Shown here: in pieces, positions 58,689 through 64,000 of the stretch | Layout: each line of letters begins with the position of its first letter | Position numbering within the stretch: the stretch's first letter is position 1 | NCBI GenBank assembly: GCA_965242795.1 | Contig: OZ251505.1 | Coordinates: 243,737-307,736 of the forward strand | Length of the DNA stretch: 64,000 nucleotides | Direction of reading: 5' to 3' | DNA from: an uncultured Candidatus Binatia bacterium | GTDB taxonomy: Bacteria > Desulfobacterota > Binatia > Bin18 | The notes under the pieces: generated by a model | What the model saw: the letters and a program-made list of their open reading frames with translations, nothing else | Databases searched by the model: none | Told to the model about the DNA's origin: nothing | Translations under genes and position numbers: made by a program

Positions 58689-59717
58689 ATGGCGACGGGG
58701 CTGACACTGAGCGTCGTGGATCAATCCCCGGTTCGGCAGGGCGGCACCGCGGGAGAGGCGCTGCGCGAGACCATCAAGCTCGCGCAGGTCACCGAATCGC
58801 TGGGGTATCGGCGCTACTGGGTCGCCGAACATCACAGCCTGCCCGGTTTCGCCGGCACGTGTCCCGAAGTCATGGTCGGGCAGGTCGCCGCGGCGACCGA
58901 CACGATTCGGGTCGGCAGCGGCGGGGTCATGCTGTCGCACTACAGCGCACTCAAAGTGGCCGAGACGTTTCGGATGCTGGAGTCGCTCTATCCAGGTCGG
59001 ATCGATCTGGGGATCGGTCGTGCCCCGGGGAGCGATCAACGCACCGCGGCGGCGCTAGCCTATCCGGGGCCGATGCGCGACATTCAGCACTTTCCCCAGC
59101 AGGTGGATCACGTGATGGACTACCTGCACGACCGGTCCGACGCCGCCCATCCGTTTCCAGGCGTGAAAGCCGGCCCGACCCCCGCGGACACCGCGCCCGA
59201 CGTCTGGCTGCTCGGTTCCGGCATCGACTCGGCGATGCTCGCCGCGGAACGCGGCCTGCCGTTCAGCTACGCCTATTTTTTCGGTATCGGCGTCGAGCAC
59301 GGCCCGGCCATCGTCGAGCACTATCGGCGGCACTTCCGACCCTCCGCCTCGCTGTCCGAGCCGTTGGTCAACGTCGCGGCGCAGGTCTTGTGCGCGCCGA
59401 CCGAGGAAGACGCCCTTCGCCTCGCCTGGAGCCGCAACCTGCTGCGGCTGAACATCATCCGCGGCCGCGGCGTGGGCATTCCCCCGGTCGAAGAAGCCCG
59501 CGCGTATCCATACACCGCACAGGAACGCGCCTATCTCGAACAGCAACGCCGCATGAACATCGACGGCGACCCGACCCAGGTGAAGGACGGGCTCGAACGG
59601 CTGGCCGAAGTCTTCGAGACGTCCGATCTGAGCGTGGTGACGATCTGCCACGACTTCGCCGACCGCCTGCGCTCGTACGAGTTGATCGCCGAAGTGTGCG
59701 GCCTCTCGCCGGCCTAG
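58689..59717 (+). CDS. LLM-class flavin-dependent oxidoreductase (luciferase family, YhbW-like)
   Basis: LSVVDQSPV, GYRRYWVAEHH, RVGSGGVML, GRIDLGIGRAPGSD, WLLGSG. Confidence 0.93.
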   Translation: MATGLTLSVVDQSPVRQGGTAGEALRETIKLAQVTESLGYRRYWVAEHHSLPGFAGTCPEVMVGQVAAATDTIRVGSGGVMLSHYSALKVAETFRMLESLYPGRIDLGIGRAPGSDQRTAAALAYPGPMRDIQHFPQQVDHVMDYLHDRSDAAHPFPGVKAGPTPADTAPDVWLLGSGIDSAMLAAERGLPFSYAYFFGIGVEHGPAIVEHYRRHFRPSASLSEPLVNVAAQVLCAPTEEDALRLAWSRNLLRLNIIRGRGVGIPPVEEARAYPYTAQERAYLEQQRRMNIDGDPTQVKDGLERLAEVFETSDLSVVTICHDFADRLRSYELIAEVCGLSPA

Positions 59718-59769
59718 TTGTAACAAGGATGTCTGGGGCCGAGTCGACAGAGAATCAGGAGATTGACCT

Positions 59770-60156
59770 TCAGCCTCGAATGAGACGGACCTCAGCCGGG
59801 ACGTCGACCTCGGCCCAGACACGGTCCGCTGTCAGGGCCGGAAGCCCGCTGCGCGCCGCAAGCTGTAGGCAGGCTCGGTCGCCTAGAGACAATCCTCGCG
59901 CCCGCGTGTCTTGGTAGAGCTCGGCCGCGGCGTAGGCTTGCTCCGTGTCGAAGGGCATGACATCCACAGCCATCAACGCAATCGCGCGTCTTATCTCGAT
60001 AGGGCTTGCCCCGAGATGCGAAAGTCGCGTGGCCGTCTCGGCGATGTTGACCGCGGAGGCCAGCGCGTCGCCTCGGTAGTCGGCCACTACGTCGGCCCCC
60101 GGCTCGCCACGCAAGAATGCCAGTATCGCCGAGGCGTCAAGGACGGCTCGACTCAT
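59770..60156 (-). CDS. vapC: PIN-domain (VapC) toxin
   Basis: AVLDASAILAFL, SAVNIAE, GLSLGDRACL, LTADR. Confidence 0.92.
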   Translation of the reverse strand: MSRAVLDASAILAFLRGEPGADVVADYRGDALASAVNIAETATRLSHLGASPIEIRRAIALMAVDVMPFDTEQAYAAAELYQDTRARGLSLGDRACLQLAARSGLPALTADRVWAEVDVPAEVRLIRG

Positions 60157-60575
60157 TGGTCGGCATCTCCGTCGGCGTCCGACGCCGCTTCGCGTCGGCG
60201 TTCTTCGATGAGTTCGTCCACGAGGCTGACGCCGGCGGGGACGTAGCGGGCGAGCATCTCCCGAACCTCGAAGACTTCCGTTTCGTCGCTCACGACGCGC
60301 AGGCCGTCGCCGTCGAGCCGGAGGAACACCGCATCGCCCTCTTGTATCCCGAGGGCTTGGCGGTAGGCAGCCGGTATGACGACTCGGCCGCCGGGGCCGA
60401 CGACCGCTCGTATCTGCTCGAATCGGGGGTCCGTCGGTTGACCATACGCGCGGGGTCCCTTCCGCGCAGAACCTCGCCGCCGATTTGCCCCACGCGTCTT
60501 GTCGCTCTTGGTACTCAGTCCAACGACCGACCCACCCTTTGTCGATCGTTTGTTTATCGGAGTCGGGGATGACAT
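60153..60575 (-). CDS. AbrB/MazE/SpoVT family antitoxin
   Basis: VGPGGRVVIPAAYRQALGIQEGD, SLVDELIEERRREA; AAGGAGG RBS; overlaps the toxin start. Confidence 0.88.
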   Translation of the reverse strand: MSSPTPINKRSTKGGSVVGLSTKSDKTRGANRRRGSARKGPRAYGQPTDPRFEQIRAVVGPGGRVVIPAAYRQALGIQEGDAVFLRLDGDGLRVVSDETEVFEVREMLARYVPAGVSLVDELIEERRREAASDADGDADQ

Positions 60576-60642
60576 GATCCTGCCCTCCTTGCTGTTGCGG
60601 TGTTTGCCGCGACAAGAATTATTCGTCTGATGACCCTCAATA

Positions 60643-60666
60643 TGACATATTTATTTTTTATGTCAA
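60643..60666 (-). promoter_or_regulatory. Operator/promoter of the AbrB-VapC operon
   Basis: Perfect inverted repeat TGACATA-n9-TATGTCA overlapping a minus-strand TTGACA, in an AT-rich patch. Confidence 0.7.
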
Positions 60667-60761
60667 CTATATTTTCTATGACTGATTTAATTAGCAACCC
60701 AAATTTTGTTCGGGATGACGAGCCTGCCTGGACGTGAACCGACCCTTTGTAACCGGCTCGC

Positions 60762-61463
60762 TTACCACACCTCGCCGAATGGCCGCAGTTCGACGTTGAA
60801 CGACCAGCCCGACCGGTCCTGGTGGGCGACGTGAAACGCGGTGTCGGCAATCGCATCGGGCTGGATGAAGAAATCGTCCGGCTTGTCGGGCAGCATCTTG
60901 CGCGTCCATTCCAGATCGATCACCGCGTCGATGACGATGTACGCGACATGGATACCGTTCGGTCCGAGGGTCCGCGCCATGGACTCCGCCAGAATCCGCT
61001 GGGCCGCCTTGGTGGGTGCAAATCCCGCGAAGCGCGGCTTGCCGCGCAAGGCCGAGGTGTTCCCCGACGCGATGATGACACCCTTGCCGGCCTCGATCAT
61101 GTCCGGGGCGACCGCGCGGGCGAGATACAGCAGGCCCATCGTGTTGACCTGGAAATTGTAGGCCAGGGTTTCCGGCTCGATCTCCAGAAAATCCCCGAAC
61201 GCCCCACCGACCGCGTTGTGAATCACCACTTCCGGGCTGCCCAGGTCGTCCTTGACCTGCGCGACCGTAGCGTTGACCGCGGCTTCGTCGGTGACGTCGC
61301 AGACGTACCCCCGCGCGTCGGCGATTTCCGTTTCGAGTCGGGTCAGGCGCTCCTGATCGCGGGCCAGCATCGCCACACGATAGCCGCCGCGGGCGAAACG
61401 ACGACTGAGCGCCGCGCCCGTCCCCGGCCCCACCCCGGTAATCAAACAGACTGGTTCCGCCAT
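60762..61463 (-). CDS. SDR family oxidoreductase
   Basis: CLITGVGPGTGAAL, VIHNAVG, ASGNTSALRG, HVAYIVIDAVID, ELRPFGEVW. Confidence 0.92.
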   Translation of the reverse strand: MAEPVCLITGVGPGTGAALSRRFARGGYRVAMLARDQERLTRLETEIADARGYVCDVTDEAAVNATVAQVKDDLGSPEVVIHNAVGGAFGDFLEIEPETLAYNFQVNTMGLLYLARAVAPDMIEAGKGVIIASGNTSALRGKPRFAGFAPTKAAQRILAESMARTLGPNGIHVAYIVIDAVIDLEWTRKMLPDKPDDFFIQPDAIADTAFHVAHQDRSGWSFNVELRPFGEVW

Positions 61464-61494
61464 ATCTTCCTCCTTCGTCCTTCCTCTGCCTTCG

Positions 61495-62904
61495 TCAGAG
61501 CAGGACCCATAACGAATAGACCGCAAAGCCGACATACACGACCGAGGCAACGAGCATCATGCCGACCGACACCGGACCCGGCCGGGCCGAAACCGGCAGC
61601 ATGCGCAGATTCAGGTACAACATCAGCGGCACGTACATCGCCATCGTCCAGCCGGACAGCAGCGCGGCGTTGAACAGAAAGCCCAACCCGGTGACCGCAT
61701 ACCGCTCGAAAAACCACGTGCTGGCGGTGCCGGCAACCATGAACAGGAGGGCGAACGGGACGTACAGCTTGGCCTGGTCGAGTCCCTTCCCCCACGGAAA
61801 CGTGGTGCGCACGATGTACGACCACACCCGCGCGTTGCCGTCCACGCTGACCAGTTGGGTGCTGAACAGCGTGGCCATGCCGATCGCCAGAAAGAGAACC
61901 CGACCGGCCCCGCCCATGGACGCTTCCAGAATGAGCGACATGTCCCAGATGATGCGCCCCTCCTCCGGCACCACGCCGTGCGGACGCAGCACGCACAGCG
62001 CGCCGAACATGAACAGGAACATGGTGAAGGTGTTGAGTCCGAAGAAGAACAGCGTCTGATCCTGCCGCACCCAGCGGAACCAGTCCTTGAACGCGCGCTG
62101 GTTGGCCTCGGTTTCGGGATAGACGTAGCCGGTGGCTTCTTCGGCGTTCGAGCCACCGCGCAGCGGGTTTTCCAAGCGCGGCATGCGTGCGCCCATGCCG
62201 ATGTTCTTGTCGCGGAGATAGAAGGCGTACCACAGGTTGCCGGCCCCGCCCGCGCCGGCAAACACCACCGCGCCGAAAAAGCGGCTGAACGGAAAATCTT
62301 CGGTCAGTTCGACGTGCCCGAAGTTGACCAGTCCCGCAGCCATGTCGGCCACGTAGTCGAGCGTCCCGACCTGCACCGCGACGAACGTCAGGCCCACGGT
62401 GATGAACACGACGCACGCGATGACCATCCGCTCCATCGCCTGGTACATGACCCGCGGGCCGAACAGCAGCGCCGCGATCAGGAGGAACGTGAGCCCCGTC
62501 CACGCCCAATCCGGCCCCGGTCCCGCGGGGCCGAACAACAAGGCTTTGAGCGCCGCGCCCGACACGCGTGCCCAGCCGGGCAGGAACAGCAGGGCGAAGG
62601 TGAGCAACAACAGGATGTGAATGAAGCCCATCCAGACCCGGGCGAAGCCGGTGTACGGCGCCTCGCCGGTCACGATGGTCCAGCGCCCGATCTCGCAGTT
62701 GAGCCAGAGTTGCAGAAAGACGCCGAGCGCCGCGGCCCAGACCATGCTGGCGCCGAACTTGGCGGTGATCCACGGCCACAGCACGACCTCGCCCGCGCCG
62801 ATGGACAGCCCGACCAGCACCGCCCCCGGACCGGCCAGTTGCCAGAACGACTGCGTGCGCCGCGGCAGGTCGGCCGTCTTGAGCGGGGCGATGCGCGAAC
62901 CCAC
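61495..62904 (-). CDS. Nramp/APC-superfamily membrane transporter
   Basis: GPGAVLVGLSIGAGEVVLWP first TM motif; about 11 hydrophobic segments. Confidence 0.75.
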   Translation of the reverse strand: MGSRIAPLKTADLPRRTQSFWQLAGPGAVLVGLSIGAGEVVLWPWITAKFGASMVWAAALGVFLQLWLNCEIGRWTIVTGEAPYTGFARVWMGFIHILLLLTFALLFLPGWARVSGAALKALLFGPAGPGPDWAWTGLTFLLIAALLFGPRVMYQAMERMVIACVVFITVGLTFVAVQVGTLDYVADMAAGLVNFGHVELTEDFPFSRFFGAVVFAGAGGAGNLWYAFYLRDKNIGMGARMPRLENPLRGGSNAEEATGYVYPETEANQRAFKDWFRWVRQDQTLFFFGLNTFTMFLFMFGALCVLRPHGVVPEEGRIIWDMSLILEASMGGAGRVLFLAIGMATLFSTQLVSVDGNARVWSYIVRTTFPWGKGLDQAKLYVPFALLFMVAGTASTWFFERYAVTGLGFLFNAALLSGWTMAMYVPLMLYLNLRMLPVSARPGPVSVGMMLVASVVYVGFAVYSLWVLL

Positions 62905-63087
62905 GCGGGTCTCCGTTCGGTTCCAGGCAAGGGGTGGTTCGGTAAGCAGGTCGGGCGCGGATTGTAGGGAGGATGCTCCGACGGGACAACCGGGTTTCCC
63001 GGCCCGTGCGAACGCGGTATGAGCCGACTAGCGGAAGCGAGAACACGGAGACGGCGAACGCCGGCAGGACGGCACAAAGGCGACACC

Positions 63088-64000
63088 GTGCGGTTCGGCA
63101 CCTACTATTTTCTCCAAGCCCCGCCCGGCGCCTCCCACCCCGAGGTGATTCACCGGGAGTTCGCCCAGATATTGCTGACCGAAGCGCTCGGCTTCGACAG
63201 CGTGTGGCTGACTGAGCACCACTTCATCGAATACGGGATTTCGACCAGCCCGATGGCGCTGGCCGCGGCGATTGCCGCACGCACCGAGCGCGTCGGCATC
63301 GGCTTGGCCGCGGTCATCCTGCCGTTTCACGACCCGATCCGACTGGCGGAGGACATCGCTTTCGTCGATATTCTGAGCAAGGGCCGGCTGCGTGTCGGCG
63401 TGGGCCGCGGCAACCGCCCGATCGAATTCACGGGCTACCGCGTTCCGCAGATCGAAAACCGCCGGCGTTTCGCCGAAACTCTGGACGTCATGCTGCAGGC
63501 GTGGACCAGCGAGCGTGTGTCCTACCGCGGCGAATTCTTCACGCTCGACGACATTCCGGTCATTCCCAAACCCCACCAGAAGCCTCATCCGCCCGTCTCC
63601 CTGGTCTGCATCAGCCCCGAGACCATCCGGCTTGCGGCCCGCCGCGGCTGGTCGATGCTGAACTCCATCCTGTTCGGCCCGTTCAGTCAGATCGAGGCCA
63701 ACCGCGACGTCTACGTTGCCGCGTTGCGCGAAGCCGGCCGGTCCGAAGCGGACGTGGCAACCCTGCTCCGATCCTGGGGCGTATCCCGTCACGTGTACGT
63801 CGCGCCCACCGACGCGCAGGCGCTCCGCGAAACGCGGGACGCGGAACTGTGGTATCAGCAGTCGCTCGCCCGCTTCCTGGTACCCGAACGCATCGAGGCG
63901 GCGCACCCTTCACTGCAACCCCAATTCCGCACGATGGCCGACCGGCTGGCTTCGATCACCTGGGAAAAACTCGTCGAGGAGACGGTCATCTTCGGCTCGC
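63088..64000 (+). CDS. LLM-class flavin-dependent oxidoreductase, 5' part; runs off the window
   Basis: Translated by hand from GTG 63088: MRFGTYYFLQAPPG...ALGFDSVWLTEHHF...DPIRLAEDIAFVDILSKGRLRVGVGRG...PKPHQKPHPP; not in the ORF track because no stop lies in the window. Confidence 0.9.
   Translation, partial: MRFGTYYFLQAPPGASHPEVIHREFAQILLTEALGFDSVWLTEHHFIEYGISTSPMALAAAIAARTERVGIGLAAVILPFHDPIRLAEDIAFVDILSKGRLRVGVGRGNRPIEFTGYRVPQIENRRRFAETLDVMLQAWTSERVSYRGEFFTLDDIPVIPKPHQKPHPPVSLVCISPETIRLAARRGWSMLNSILFGPFSQIEANRDVYVAALREAGRSEADVATLLRSWGVSRHVYVAPTDAQALRETRDAELWYQQSLARFLVPERIEAAHPSLQPQFRTMADRLASITWEKLVEETVIFGS

Overview
This is a high-GC bacterial chromosomal window from a diderm (it encodes a TonB receptor and a secretin). 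The backbone is catabolic and housekeeping: coxMSL-type molybdoenzyme start, four LLM flavin monooxygenases, acyl-CoA dehydrogenase, enoyl-CoA hydratase, amidohydrolase, DAHP synthase, fused SelD, MutM, two GSTs and three VOC proteins. Three accessory blocks interrupt it. (1) An Xps-order type II secretion cluster (E-F-G-H-I-[cargo]-J-K-L-M-C-D, 10200-22770) has an MshEN-bearing ATPase and a lipoprotein-like secretin. A ~539-aa Sec-exported, S-layer-like gene with its own terminator sits between gspI and gspJ. Three lower-GC sulfotransferase/glycosyltransferase-like genes diverge from the cluster, and a GT32-sulfotransferase fusion lies 6 kb further on. (2) A defence island (35414-42818) holds a RecQ-PRTase + DprA pair (RqlH/RqlI-like), a Schlafen/AlbA_2 ATPase with a duplicated tail, and a BsuBI/PstI-family R-M pair. 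(3) A low-GC two-gene cassette encodes a deviant ParA ATPase and a HEPN RNase (45959-47679), a candidate uncharacterised defence/toxin module. Two VapC toxin-antitoxin pairs are also present. Intergenic spacers contain at least five families of short dispersed repeats, some nested and one read in frame inside gspI. No rRNA, tRNA, CRISPR array, integrase or transposase was recognised. All calls come from motif reading, not database searches.
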